Positions 22,297 to 32,475 of a stretch of DNA of 64,000 bases are shown here, piece after piece. Numbering within the stretch: the stretch's first letter is position 1; each line of letters begins with the position of its first letter. The DNA comes from an uncultured Holophagales bacterium (GTDB taxonomy: Bacteria; Acidobacteriota; Thermoanaerobaculia; Multivoradales; UBA5704). Position numbers and translations under genes: made by a program. The notes below the pieces were generated by a model that searched no databases, was not told the origin of the DNA, and worked only from the letters and a program-made list of their open reading frames with translations. The DNA is taken from the NCBI GenBank assembly GCA_963842525.1, contig CAWJGT010000001.1, positions 726,215 to 790,214 of the forward strand, read 5' to 3'.

Positions 22297-25200
22297 GCAG
22301 CCGTCCTCCCGGCACGATCATCACTTTCTATTCCTACAAGGGCGGTACAGGCCGTTCCATGGCGCTCGCAAACATCGCCTGGATCCTGGCGTCCAGCCAC
22401 AAACGTGTACTGGTGGTGGACTGGGATCTCGAGGCTCCGGGCCTGCACCGCTATTTCCGTCCCTTCCTGCTCGACAAGCAGCTGAGCTCCTCCGCGGGGG
22501 TGATCGACTTCGTGATCGATTATGCGACCGAAGCGATCAAACCTGTCACAGAGGGAGAGCCGTTGCCCGACAACTGGTACATCGAGCAGGCCGACATCCT
22601 TCGTTATGCCATTACGCTCGACTGGGAGTTCCCATCGGGCGGCGTCCTCGACCTCATCCCAGCGGGCAGGCAGGGCCCGAGCTATGCCGCGCGTGTAAAC
22701 TCGTTCAACTGGCAGAACTTCTACGAGCGCTTGGGCGGCGGCCGGGTCCTGGATGCAGCCAGAGACCATATGCGGGCGGAGTACGACTACATTCTCATCG
22801 ACAGCCGGACGGGCGTCAGCGACACCTCCGGCATCTGCACCGTGCAAATGCCAGACGCTCTGGCGGTCTGCTTTACCTTCAACAATCAGAGCATCGAGGG
22901 AGCCGCCGCGGTGGCGCGCTCCGCTCATGAGCAGCAGGCCAAGCGCAGTGATCGCGCCTTCAGGGTCTTCCCCATTCCCATGCGGGTCGATGCGTCCGAA
23001 GTGGACAAGCTGAATACCCGGCGGCGCTACGCCTGGTGGATGTTCGACTCCCTGCTGAGCCACATCCCGAGTGCCGACCGCAGGCTCTATTGGGGCGAGG
23101 TCGAAGTGCCCTACATCCCGGTCTTCGCCTACGAGGAGATCCTCGCCTCCTTCCGCGAAGAGCCGAGCGATCCGAAGACCGCTCTCTCTGCCATGCTGCG
23201 GACCACCCGCCACCTGACCGGCGTCGGTGGCGAATACTCTTTTTCCATCTCACCCGAACAGCGGCAGGAGATCCTGGCGGAGTTCGCCAGCACTCCCGGG
23301 GAATTCGCGCTGGACAGCGCTCCTGTGATTCCAAAGGAGACGGCTGCCGAAGAGCAGACGCGGGTGGCCGAAGGCGCCTTTGCGTCTTTCTCTCCGCAGG
23401 AGCAGGCCGATCTCCGGCACCTCCTGACCCGTCTGGTGCGGATCGCCGGCGGGCCGGACGAGGCGGAGGGAGCTCACGGGCGGCTGCGAGTGAGAGTCCA
23501 GGATCTGGGTCCGGCAGCCCTCCCCCTCATTGACAGGCTCACAGCGCTGAGGCTCCTCACGGTACAAATGGAGGCCGGAACGAAGAGTGTGGAGCTCGCC
23601 GATGACGGACTCGCGCAGAGCTGGCCTCGCCTGCGCGACTGGATCGCGGGGGACCTCGAATTCCTTCTCTGGCGCCAGAGGCTGCGGGACCGTTGCCGGG
23701 ATTGGGAGAAGACCGATCACAGCAGCGACCTGCTGCTGCAAGGGTTGCCGTTGAGGGCAGCGCAGCGCTGGCTGCTGGAACGGGGAGCCGATCTCAACGA
23801 GGTGGAGACTGCCTTCATCCAGCAGTCTGCCGCGCTGGAATCCCGCTCGCAGTACTCATTTTCCGCCCGAGGCTTGCGAGCCTTCATCATCCGGCCGTTC
23901 GGCATCAAGCAGGAGATCGATTTCGACCGTGTGGAGAAGGAGCTGATCGATCCGGCTCTCAGCCAGCTCAATGTCGGGGGCCGGACAACGGTCGATATCC
24001 TGCGGGCAGGCAACATCCGGCTCGACATGTTCCAGCGGCTTCTCGCCGCCGATCTGGTCGTCGCGGATGTCTCGATCCATAACGCAAATGTCTTTTATGA
24101 GTTGGGCATCCGCCATGCCCTGCGGGATAAACGGACCTTCCTGCTGCGCTGCGAAGGCGATCAATATCCTTTCGATCTGCAGACCGATCGTTATTTTGTC
24201 TACCGGAAGGACAATCCAGCGGCCAGCCTGAGCCTGCTGACGACGGCTCTCGCGCGTACGATCACCTCCGAGGACATCGACAGTCCCGTCTTCCGGTCGC
24301 TCCCCGGCTTGAGGCAGCAGGACGGCTCGAGCCTCCTGGCGATCCCGCAGGATTTCATCGATGCCATCGAGCAGGCTGCGGCCACGCGCCAGCGTGGCGA
24401 CCTCGAGCTGCTTTCCGCGGAGATCCGGGACCTGGAATGGGCGCGCGGAGGACTGCGGATCATCGGCCGCAAGCAGTTTGATATCAAAGCCTATTCTGGA
24501 GCGCGGAGCACCTGGGAGGCAATCCGGAAGCTCGACCCGGATGACTTGGAGGCGAATACGCTGCTGGGAACCATTTACCAGCGCCTGGGAGAGCCCGTGA
24601 ACTCCGACCAAGCGATCCAGCGTGTCCTGCGCCACGATGAAGCAGCGGGAGACCAACGGGCCGAGGCTCTTGCCCTTCTCGCCCGTAATGCCAAGACCCG
24701 CTGGAGGGAGGAGTGGCACAGGCTCCCCTCCGAGCGCTTGCGTGAGGAGGCCTTGCGCTCCCCGTTCCTTGAGGAGTCTGCTCTCGCGTATATGCGAGCT
24801 TTCGAAGAATCCTTCAATCACTTCTACCCGGGCCTGAACGCGCTGGCAATGCTTACGGTTCAAATGGAGCTGGCGAGCGCTTTGCCGGAGATCTGGTTCG
24901 AGCGCTTCGATCAAGAAGAGGATGCCCGGAGGGAGATCGAAAGGAGAAACGAGCAGATCCGCAAGATCGCCTCTGCCGTGGAGCTGTCTCTGGCGGCAGC
25001 CAAGTCGCGCCTTGAGCGCCGGCAGGAAAGCGACATTTGGGTGGAGATCAGCGAGGCCGACTTTATCTGCCTGACCTCGAACCGACCGCGACGGGTCGCC
25101 GATGCCTATCGCAAGGCTCTGGCGAGCGTCCCGGATTTTGCCATCGATGCGATCAACGGCCAGCTCAGGATGTACCAACTGCTTGGAGTCCTGAGCGCCA

Positions 25201-25880
25201 ACGTCGAGGCTGCTCTTTCCATACCCACCTTTACCAGGCTCGGGCCAGAGACGCCGCAACCCGCCGGAGAACGGCCGCGCGCCCTTCTTTTCACCGGCCA
25301 TAGGATCGACGCCCCCGGCCGCGAGGAGCCGCGCTTCCCACCCGACAAGGAAAGTGTCGCCCGGGAACAGATCCAAAGCGCGGTGGCCGCCGAGATGGCG
25401 CGGCCGGGAGGCGTAGCCTATGGAATCGCGGGCGGGGCGAGCGGCGGCGACATCCTCTTCCACGAGGTCTGCGCCGACCTGGGAATGTCTACCCGTCTCT
25501 ACCTCGCACTGCCGAAAGGCGACTATATCGTCGAGTCGGTTCAGTCGGCCGGGCCTGAGTGGGTCGAACGCTTCAACCAGCTCTACCAGAAACATCCGGA
25601 GGTGCGCGTGCTCTCCCCCTCTTCGGACCTCCCGCGGTGGCTCAGCGAGAGACCCGGCCAATATTCAATCTGGCAACGTAACAACCTGTGGATGCTCTAC
25701 AACGCGCTCGCGGAGGACAACAAAGACCTGACCTTGATCGCCCTCTGGGATGGTAAGGAGGGCGACGGGCCCGGCGGCACGGGAGACCTCGTCACCAAGG
25801 TCAAGGAACGCGGCGCCAAAGTGATCCACCTGAACACCGAGGCGATTTTCGTCACCTACTCAACGGAGCCCGCATCATGA
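22293..25880 (+). CDS. 1195-aa multidomain protein: ParA/MinD-like P-loop ATPase, helical linker, TIR-like/deoxyribosyltransferase-like Rossmannoid domain, TPR-like helices, and a C-terminal SLOG/LOG-like domain
   Basis: Walker A '[18 protein letters not shown]', '[13 protein letters not shown]', Walker B '[14 protein letters not shown]'. Middle domain 'AFIIRPFG...[28 protein letters not shown]'. C-terminus '[16 protein letters not shown]' and '[16 protein letters not shown]', which resembles the LOG motif PGGxGTxxE. Confidence 0.7.
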   Translation: MSSRPPGTIITFYSYKGGTGRSMALANIAWILASSHKRVLVVDWDLEAPGLHRYFRPFLLDKQLSSSAGVIDFVIDYATEAIKPVTEGEPLPDNWYIEQADILRYAITLDWEFPSGGVLDLIPAGRQGPSYAARVNSFNWQNFYERLGGGRVLDAARDHMRAEYDYILIDSRTGVSDTSGICTVQMPDALAVCFTFNNQSIEGAAAVARSAHEQQAKRSDRAFRVFPIPMRVDASEVDKLNTRRRYAWWMFDSLLSHIPSADRRLYWGEVEVPYIPVFAYEEILASFREEPSDPKTALSAMLRTTRHLTGVGGEYSFSISPEQRQEILAEFASTPGEFALDSAPVIPKETAAEEQTRVAEGAFASFSPQEQADLRHLLTRLVRIAGGPDEAEGAHGRLRVRVQDLGPAALPLIDRLTALRLLTVQMEAGTKSVELADDGLAQSWPRLRDWIAGDLEFLLWRQRLRDRCRDWEKTDHSSDLLLQGLPLRAAQRWLLERGADLNEVETAFIQQSAALESRSQYSFSARGLRAFIIRPFGIKQEIDFDRVEKELIDPALSQLNVGGRTTVDILRAGNIRLDMFQRLLAADLVVADVSIHNANVFYELGIRHALRDKRTFLLRCEGDQYPFDLQTDRYFVYRKDNPAASLSLLTTALARTITSEDIDSPVFRSLPGLRQQDGSSLLAIPQDFIDAIEQAAATRQRGDLELLSAEIRDLEWARGGLRIIGRKQFDIKAYSGARSTWEAIRKLDPDDLEANTLLGTIYQRLGEPVNSDQAIQRVLRHDEAAGDQRAEALALLARNAKTRWREEWHRLPSERLREEALRSPFLEESALAYMRAFEESFNHFYPGLNALAMLTVQMELASALPEIWFERFDQEEDARREIERRNEQIRKIASAVELSLAAAKSRLERRQESDIWVEISEADFICLTSNRPRRVADAYRKALASVPDFAIDAINGQLRMYQLLGVLSANVEAALSIPTFTRLGPETPQPAGERPRALLFTGHRIDAPGREEPRFPPDKESVAREQIQSAVAAEMARPGGVAYGIAGGASGGDILFHEVCADLGMSTRLYLALPKGDYIVESVQSAGPEWVERFNQLYQKHPEVRVLSPSSDLPRWLSERPGQYSIWQRNNLWMLYNALAEDNKDLTLIALWDGKEGDGPGGTGDLVTKVKERGAKVIHLNTEAIFVTYSTEPAS

Positions 25881-26017
25881 GCCGTTTCCTTCGCCCGTTG
25901 CCCGCGGTCGAGCTCAAGAACGTGCCCTGGGACCAGGCTCTGCACGTGATCCTCAAAACCCACGGCCTCGCAGCCGAGGTCGACGGCCGGTTGTGGCTGA
26001 TCGCGCCGCCCCGCTAA
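25877..26017 (+). CDS. 46-aa chimeric mini-ORF: an in-frame, internally deleted (91-codon) copy of the secretin-N gene at 20158
   Basis: '[46 protein letters not shown]'. Positions 25865-25905 match 20146-20186, and 25906-26003 match 20455-20553. Confidence 0.45.
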   Translation: MSRFLRPLPAVELKNVPWDQALHVILKTHGLAAEVDGRLWLIAPPR

Positions 26018-26037
26018 GGGCCTGTCCCACGAGCGCC

Positions 26038-26364
26038 ATGGATCACCCCGCCGCTTTCCGCCCCGAGGACCACGCCGTCTACGGCTCCGGCAAGATGGGC
26101 AAGGCCACGCTCTTCCAGTCCGACCGGCTCCTGGTGGGCCTGAACGCCTTCGAGCCGGGCCAGGAGCACCGCCTGCACGGCCACGCCGGCATGGACAAGG
26201 TCTACCATGTCCTCGCCGGCCGCGGCGTCTTCCTGCTCGAGGGGCGCGAGGAGCCCATGGCGGCGGGCACCATGCTCATCGCTCCCGAAGGGGTCCTCCA
26301 CGGCATCCGCAACACCGGCGACGAGCGCCTGCTGGTCCTCGCCATCCTGGCGCCCTCGCCTTGA
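26038..26364 (+). CDS. Cupin-domain protein
   Basis: 'GQEHRLHGHAGMDKVYHVLAGRGVFLLEGRE...IAPEGVLHGIRNTG', a cupin two-motif pattern. Confidence 0.6.
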   Translation: MDHPAAFRPEDHAVYGSGKMGKATLFQSDRLLVGLNAFEPGQEHRLHGHAGMDKVYHVLAGRGVFLLEGREEPMAAGTMLIAPEGVLHGIRNTGDERLLVLAILAPSP

Positions 26365-26412
26365 GGGCGGCGCTCCGCAGTTTCCCCCATTTCGCCGCGC
26401 CAGGGCCGTCTA

Positions 26413-28266
26413 TCAGCCCTGGTCCAGGTGTCCCGTGGCCGAGTCGCCCATTTCGACCCGCCCGTCGGGAAAGTACTCCCGCCAGCGGCGGGTCACGGTG
26501 GCCGCGGTCTCCTCGTCGGCGAAGAGCTCCTTGGGGAACCACGGCTTCATCCGGGCGTCGAGGAGGATAGGTGCCTTGTAGGAAAGGTGATGGCGGACCA
26601 CCGTGGTGCCCGCGGCATGGAGGTCCGCCGCGGGCTCGAAGCGGGTGAAGGTGGCCCAGAGGAAATTGATCGGGCTCGCGGCGGCGCGGCGCGGCTCGTC
26701 GGTCAGCACCAGGAGCGGCCAGCCGGCAAAAGCAGGATGACCGGCGAAGCGCGCCGCGGCCCCGGGGTCCTCCGCATACGAGGGTCCTCCCAGGATCAGG
26801 CAGCCCGGGCAGAAGACCCGCACGTCGGTTACACCCTGGGGGACCTCGGCGGCCGTGAATTCGCGCGGCAGCTCCCGCACCGGATCGCCGAGGCCGAGCC
26901 AGACCCCCTTCGAGCCCTGATTGACCGCCGGGCCTGTGTAATCGAGCGTATCCATCGAGAGGTTCGAGAGCACATAGAGGTCCGTCTCAGGGTGGGTGCG
27001 CTCCAGGATGTGCTGGAGCGTGCGCGGAAAATCCTTCAAATCGACAGGCCGATCGGTCACCAGGAGGAACTTGGTCAGCGAGAGCTGCCCTTCGCCGAGG
27101 ATGCGGAAGGCGCTCGCCATGGCCTCCCGCCCATAGCGCTGCTTGACGACCGCCGCGGCCAATGAGTGATAGCCGGTCTCGCCGTAGGACCACAGCGACT
27201 CGACCGCCGGCATGACCAGGGGGAAGAGCGGCGACAGCAGCTCCTGGAGCAAATCGCCGATAAAAAAATCCTCCTGCCGCGGCTTGCCCACCACGGTCGC
27301 CGGATAGATCGCGTCCTTGCGCCGGGCCATCCGCCGCACGTGGAAGACCGGATAATCGTGCTGGAGCGAGTAGTAGCCATAGTGATCGCCGAACGGGCCT
27401 TCCGGCCGCCGCTCGCGCGGAGGGACCTCGCCGATCAGCGCGAATTCGGCCGAGGCGACCAGCGGGTGCGGCCCGGGGCCGGGCGCCACGAGCCGCAGCC
27501 GCTCGCCGGCGATCAGCGAGGCGAGCATCAGCTCGGGGACGTTCTCCGGGAGCGGCGCGACCGCGGCCAGGATCAGGGCCGGCGGGCCGCCGAGGAACAC
27601 GGTCGCCGGCAGGCTCTGCCCCCGCGACTCGGCCACGGCATAGTGGAAGCCGCCGCCCTTGCCGATCTGCCAGTGCATGCCGGTCGTCCGCGGGCCGTGG
27701 ACGTGGAGGCGGTACATCCCCAAGTTGTGCCGCTTGGCGTCCGGCCGGCTGTCCGGGTGCTCGGTGTAGACGAGAGGCAGGGTGACGAACGGGCCGCCGT
27801 CCTCCGGCCAGGTGGTGAGGACCGGCAGGCGATCGAGCCGGACGTCATCTGTCACGACCTCGGCGACCGGCCCGGAGCGCATCCTCCTGGAGCCGATCCG
27901 CAGGGCCTCCCGTCCGATGTCGCGCGCGCCCCAGAGCTTGCCGGGCGTCGGCGGCAGCAGCGTCTCGGCGAGATGGACCAGCCGCCGGATCAGGCGCAGC
28001 GGCCGGGTGCCGAACGCCAGCTCGGCCCGCCGCGCCGTGCCGAAGAGGTTGGTCGCCAGCGGAAAGTCGGACCCACGGACGTTGGTGAACAGCAGCGCCG
28101 GCCCGCCCGCCGCGATCACCCGGCGATGGATCTCCGACGCTTCGAGCCGTGCATCCACCGGCGCCTCGACCACGGCGAGGTCGCCGTCCCGGCGGAGCTG
28201 GTCGAGGAAGGCACGGAGGTCGGGGAACGTCGGCTCGCTCACGGCGGTGAGTGTATCCGACCTCAC
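26413..28266 (-). CDS. UbiD-family decarboxylase
   Basis: 617 aa with a UbiD-like layout: 'PALLFTNVRGSDFPLATNLFG', 'WQIGKGGGFHYAV', 'GPFGDHYGYY'. Confidence 0.7.
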   Translation of the reverse strand: MRSDTLTAVSEPTFPDLRAFLDQLRRDGDLAVVEAPVDARLEASEIHRRVIAAGGPALLFTNVRGSDFPLATNLFGTARRAELAFGTRPLRLIRRLVHLAETLLPPTPGKLWGARDIGREALRIGSRRMRSGPVAEVVTDDVRLDRLPVLTTWPEDGGPFVTLPLVYTEHPDSRPDAKRHNLGMYRLHVHGPRTTGMHWQIGKGGGFHYAVAESRGQSLPATVFLGGPPALILAAVAPLPENVPELMLASLIAGERLRLVAPGPGPHPLVASAEFALIGEVPPRERRPEGPFGDHYGYYSLQHDYPVFHVRRMARRKDAIYPATVVGKPRQEDFFIGDLLQELLSPLFPLVMPAVESLWSYGETGYHSLAAAVVKQRYGREAMASAFRILGEGQLSLTKFLLVTDRPVDLKDFPRTLQHILERTHPETDLYVLSNLSMDTLDYTGPAVNQGSKGVWLGLGDPVRELPREFTAAEVPQGVTDVRVFCPGCLILGGPSYAEDPGAAARFAGHPAFAGWPLLVLTDEPRRAAASPINFLWATFTRFEPAADLHAAGTTVVRHHLSYKAPILLDARMKPWFPKELFADEETAATVTRRWREYFPDGRVEMGDSATGHLDQG

Positions 28267-28546
28267 CCCCTGTCCCCATGCGCTTTAACTTACCCCCGGG
28301 ACGTGCCAGATCGCCCAAGGTTCACACCCGGGGCTACCCAGTTCCGCCCTCCGGGCTCTCGAATCCTGGGCACTTCGACCAACATTCTTGCGAGCCCGGA
28401 GGGCGCCATTCGGTAGCCCAGGGTGTGAACCCTGGGCGGGAGCTTCGATCGTCATCCGCACCATACGAGCCTCCTTGACCATTTCCACCTTACCACGGAG
28501 GGATGAGGCTGTATCCTTGTGCGGCCCTGAGCAAGGAGCCCGATCC

Positions 28547-31039
28547 ATGGCCGAAGCCCTGCCCGCCCCGATCCATGAGCCTGCCGAAGCTCCCGAGCCG
28601 CGCCGTCCCTGGCGCGCCCTCCGGCGGGCCGGCCTGGCCATCCTCCTCCTGCTCGGCATCCTGACGATCGCCCTGGCGGCCGGCACCCTGTGGGTCCGTT
28701 CCAGAGTGGAGGCCAGCCTCCCCCAGCTCGACGGCGAGCGGGCGATCCCCGGCCTGGCGGGGCCGGTGACCATCGACCGGGACGCCCTCGGCGTGCCCAC
28801 GATCCGGGCTGCAAACCGGCAGGATACCGCGCGGGCCCTGGGCTTTCTTCATGGCCAGGAGCGCTTCTTCCAGATGGACCTCCTGCGCCGACAGGCTGCC
28901 GGCGAGCTCGCCGAGCTGTTCGGCCCCGCGGTCGTGGACAACGACCGGCTCAACCGCGTCCACCGGTTTCGCGCGGTGGCCCGCCGGACCATTGCCGGCT
29001 CCACAGCCGCGGAGCGGGCCCTCATCCAGGCCTATGCCGATGGGGTCAACGCCGGCCTCGCAGCCCTGGGAGAAAAACCTTTCGAATACCTCGCAACGCG
29101 CACCGAGCCGGCGCCCTGGAAGCCCGAGGACACGATCCTCGCCTCGTTCGCCATGTTCATCGAGCTGCACGACGAGGACGGCAGCCGCGAATCGGACCTC
29201 GGTCTGATGAAGGACCTGCTGCCCGCACCACTGTTCCAATTCCTTGCCCCGATCGGAACGGAATGGGATGCGCCGCTCGTCGGCCAGCCGTTCGCCACGC
29301 CGCCGATCCCCGGCGCTGAAATCTTCAACCTGCGGGGCCATCCGTCGCATCTGCCGAAGGCGGCGGCGCTCGATCCGGTCGCCCCCGCTCACCCCGGGTT
29401 GACACCCGGGCGGGCCCTCGGCAGCAACAACTGGGCAGTCGCCGGCGCGCACACGGCCGACGGCCGCGCCCTGGTCGCCAACGACATGCACCTCGGCATC
29501 GCGGTGCCCAACACCTGGTACCGGGCCTCCCTCGTCCTGCCGGACGGCGCCGGCGGCACAACCCGCATCACCGGCGTGACCCTCCCCGGCACACCCGTGG
29601 TCGCGGTGGGAAGCAACGGCCACGTCGCCTGGGGATTCACCAACAGCTACGGCGACTGGACCGACCTCGTCGTCCTGGAGGTCAATCCCGGGAACTCCGA
29701 GGTCTACCGCACGCCGCAGGGACCACGTCGTTTCGAACGCGCGGTCGAGCACATCCGCGTCAAGGGCGGACCGGACGAGACGCTCGAGGTCCGCGAAACG
29801 ATCTGGGGACCGGTGATCGACAAGGACCATCGCGGCCGGCCGCGCGCTTTCGCCTGGACCGCCCACCGTGCCGAGGCGGTCAACCTCGGCCTCCTGGGCC
29901 TGGAAACAGCCCGCACGGTCGACGAGGCCCTGGCGGTCGCCCACCGCACCGGCATCCCGCCGCAGAACTTCGTGGTGGCCGACGCGACAGGACGGATTGC
30001 CTGGACGATCATCGGCAGGATGCCGCGCCGCATCGGTTTCGACGGCCGGACGCCAATGTCCTGGGCCGACGGCGCGCGCCGCTGGGACGGCTGGCTCGCG
30101 CCGGACGAGGTCCCGCAAATCGTCGATCCGCCCGCCGGCCGGATCTGGACCGCCAATGCCCGTGTGGTCGACGGCGCCATGCTGGAGAAGCTGGGCGACG
30201 GCGGCTATGACCTGGGCGCGCGGGCACGACAGATCCGCGACGACCTGTTCGCCGTCGAAAAGGCCACGCCGCGGGACCTGCTCGCCATCCAGCTCGACGA
30301 TCGCGCCCTGCTTCTGGAGCGCTGGCGGACGCTCCTGCTGGACACCGTGACCGCGCGATCCGTGGCCTCGCTCCCCGCGCGCGGCGAGCTGCGGCAGGTC
30401 GTCGAAGAGAGCTGGACCGGCCACGCCTCGACCGGCTCGGCGGGATACCGGATCGTCCGGACCTTCCGGTACCTCGTGGCGGAACGCGCTTTCGACCCGC
30501 TCATCGCCCCCTGCATGACCGCGGACGACCGGTTCGACGGCCTGTCACGCCAATTCGAAGGGCCGCTCTGGAAGCTGGCCACCGAGCGTCCCACCTGGCT
30601 GCTCGACCCACGATACGGGAGCTGGAACGACCTCCTGCTGGAAGCGGCCGATGCGACGGTGGCCGACTTCGCCGGTCAGGAGGGGACCCTGGCCGACCGG
30701 ACCTGGGGAGAGCGCAACACCACCCGCATCCGGCACCCGCTCTCCCGCGCCGTCCCCTTCCTCGGCCGCTGGCTCGACGTGCCGCCGCGTCCGCTCCCCG
30801 GCGACGAGGACATGCCGCGCGTCCAGAGCCGCGCCATGGGCGCCAGCGAGCGCCTCGTGGTCTCCCCCGGCCAGGAGGACAAGGGCTTCTTCCACATGCC
30901 GGTCGGCCAGAGCGGCCATCCGCTCTCCCCCCACTACCAGGCCGGCAACAAGGCCTGGGAAGAAGGCCGGCCGACTCCCTTCCTGCCCGGGAAGACCGAG
31001 CACACCCTGCGGCTGGTGCCCATATCGGGCCGGTCCTGA
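28547..31039 (+). CDS. Penicillin-acylase-family Ntn-hydrolase (possibly an acyl-homoserine-lactone acylase)
   Basis: N-terminal TM/signal 'AGLAILLLLGILTIALAAG'. Nucleophile motif 'GSNNWAV'. Confidence 0.75.
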   Translation: MAEALPAPIHEPAEAPEPRRPWRALRRAGLAILLLLGILTIALAAGTLWVRSRVEASLPQLDGERAIPGLAGPVTIDRDALGVPTIRAANRQDTARALGFLHGQERFFQMDLLRRQAAGELAELFGPAVVDNDRLNRVHRFRAVARRTIAGSTAAERALIQAYADGVNAGLAALGEKPFEYLATRTEPAPWKPEDTILASFAMFIELHDEDGSRESDLGLMKDLLPAPLFQFLAPIGTEWDAPLVGQPFATPPIPGAEIFNLRGHPSHLPKAAALDPVAPAHPGLTPGRALGSNNWAVAGAHTADGRALVANDMHLGIAVPNTWYRASLVLPDGAGGTTRITGVTLPGTPVVAVGSNGHVAWGFTNSYGDWTDLVVLEVNPGNSEVYRTPQGPRRFERAVEHIRVKGGPDETLEVRETIWGPVIDKDHRGRPRAFAWTAHRAEAVNLGLLGLETARTVDEALAVAHRTGIPPQNFVVADATGRIAWTIIGRMPRRIGFDGRTPMSWADGARRWDGWLAPDEVPQIVDPPAGRIWTANARVVDGAMLEKLGDGGYDLGARARQIRDDLFAVEKATPRDLLAIQLDDRALLLERWRTLLLDTVTARSVASLPARGELRQVVEESWTGHASTGSAGYRIVRTFRYLVAERAFDPLIAPCMTADDRFDGLSRQFEGPLWKLATERPTWLLDPRYGSWNDLLLEAADATVADFAGQEGTLADRTWGERNTTRIRHPLSRAVPFLGRWLDVPPRPLPGDEDMPRVQSRAMGASERLVVSPGQEDKGFFHMPVGQSGHPLSPHYQAGNKAWEEGRPTPFLPGKTEHTLRLVPISGRS

Positions 31040-31047
31040 AAAGACCC

Positions 31048-32403
31048 GTGTCAGGCTCCTCCGATCAGCACCCCGCGGTTCGCAACGAGCAGGTGCTCGC
31101 GCGCCAGCTCTCGGCGGCCCAGCAGACGGCGATGGCGCTCGGCGGCGCGATCGGGACGGGCCTGTTTCTCGCCAGCGGCTTGTCGGTCAACGTGGCCGGA
31201 CCGGCCGTCATCCTGTCCTATGTGATCGTGGCCGGCATCTCGCTGCTCCTCGGACGCGCGCTGACCGAGATGGCAGTGGCCCATCCAACGGCGGGCGCCT
31301 TCGGCGTCTACGCCGGGATGTACATCTCGCCCTTCGCCGGCTACGCGGTGCGCTCGAGCTATTGGCTGATGGAGGTGATCGCGACCGGCGCGCAGTTGGT
31401 CGCCGCATCGATCTACATGAGCTACTGGTTTCCGGGGGCGCCCGGGGCCGTCTGGGTGCTCGCGTTCTCCGTTGTGCTCATGTACGTCAACTCGCGCGCG
31501 GTCGGCCGCTTGGGCACGATCGAGTCCTGGCTCGTCCTGATCAAAGTCGTCGCGGTGGCGCTGTTTGTCGGCCTCGCCGTGCTGATCGTGCTCGGCCTGA
31601 CCGGCAAGCCCGCGATCGGCCTCAGGAACCTCACCGGACAGGGCGGCTTCCTGCCCTTCGGCCTCCAAGGGGTCTGGCTCGGCTGCTGTTTCGTCATCTA
31701 CTCGTTCATCGGCGTCGAGATCGTCGGCGTCACCTCGGGCGAAGCGACCGACCCGGCCCGCACGATTCCAGCAGCCATGCGCCGCATGGTCCTCGGCCTG
31801 TCGGCGATCTACATCGTGACCATCGCGCTGCTGGTCGCCCTGACACCGTGGAACCGGCTAGGCATCGGCGAAAGCCCCTTCGTGAGCGTTCTGACGGAGA
31901 TCGGCATTCCCGGCGCCGCGGGTCTGATGAACTTTGTCGTGCTGAGCGCCGCGCTCTCGAGCGCGAACGCGAACCTCTACCTGATCACACGGGCACTGTT
32001 CTCGCTGGCGCGCGCCGGCTTCGTCTCCCCGGCGCTCGGCGCCGTGACCGGGCATGGCGCACCGGTCAACGCCTTGCTCGTGTCGGGCATCGGCCTTGGA
32101 GGGGCCGTGCTGGTTCGCGCGCTCTGGCCCGACTCGGCATACGTGTGGTTTTTCGGCGTCGCCCTCTTTGGCGCGCTGTTCGTCTGGCTGATGATCTTCG
32201 TGACGCACATCGCCTATCGCGCGTCCGCCGCCGGAGGCAAGACGGCTCCGCTGGGCTCCTACGCGGGAGCCGCCCTGATCGCCGCGATTCTGGCGTCCAC
32301 CTGGTGGGTCCCCGGCCTGCGGTCCACCCTGGTTGCCGGCGGCCCGTGGCTCCTGCTGTTGGCGATCGGCTATCGGTTGTCGGCCGCGCGGCGCGGCCCG
32401 TGA
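31048..32403 (+). CDS. APC-family amino-acid permease
   Basis: 12 hydrophobic segments, and 'AMALGGAIGTGLFLASG' near the N-terminus. Confidence 0.7.
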   Translation: MSGSSDQHPAVRNEQVLARQLSAAQQTAMALGGAIGTGLFLASGLSVNVAGPAVILSYVIVAGISLLLGRALTEMAVAHPTAGAFGVYAGMYISPFAGYAVRSSYWLMEVIATGAQLVAASIYMSYWFPGAPGAVWVLAFSVVLMYVNSRAVGRLGTIESWLVLIKVVAVALFVGLAVLIVLGLTGKPAIGLRNLTGQGGFLPFGLQGVWLGCCFVIYSFIGVEIVGVTSGEATDPARTIPAAMRRMVLGLSAIYIVTIALLVALTPWNRLGIGESPFVSVLTEIGIPGAAGLMNFVVLSAALSSANANLYLITRALFSLARAGFVSPALGAVTGHGAPVNALLVSGIGLGGAVLVRALWPDSAYVWFFGVALFGALFVWLMIFVTHIAYRASAAGGKTAPLGSYAGAALIAAILASTWWVPGLRSTLVAGGPWLLLLAIGYRLSAARRGP

Positions 32404-32475
32404 GGCAGCGATAACCGGCTGGCCGGCGGACTCGGGATCGATCCTGAGCCGCCGGCCGAAGGGTCAGCCGCGCGC

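Noticed and set aside
22134-25661. Minus-strand ORFs 22134..23213 and 23856..25661
   Set aside because: Antisense to the ATPase-SLOG gene. Low-complexity Arg/Gly-rich.
28490-30424. 644-aa minus-strand ORF
   Set aside because: Antisense to the penicillin-acylase-family gene, which has the clear SNNWA nucleophile motif.
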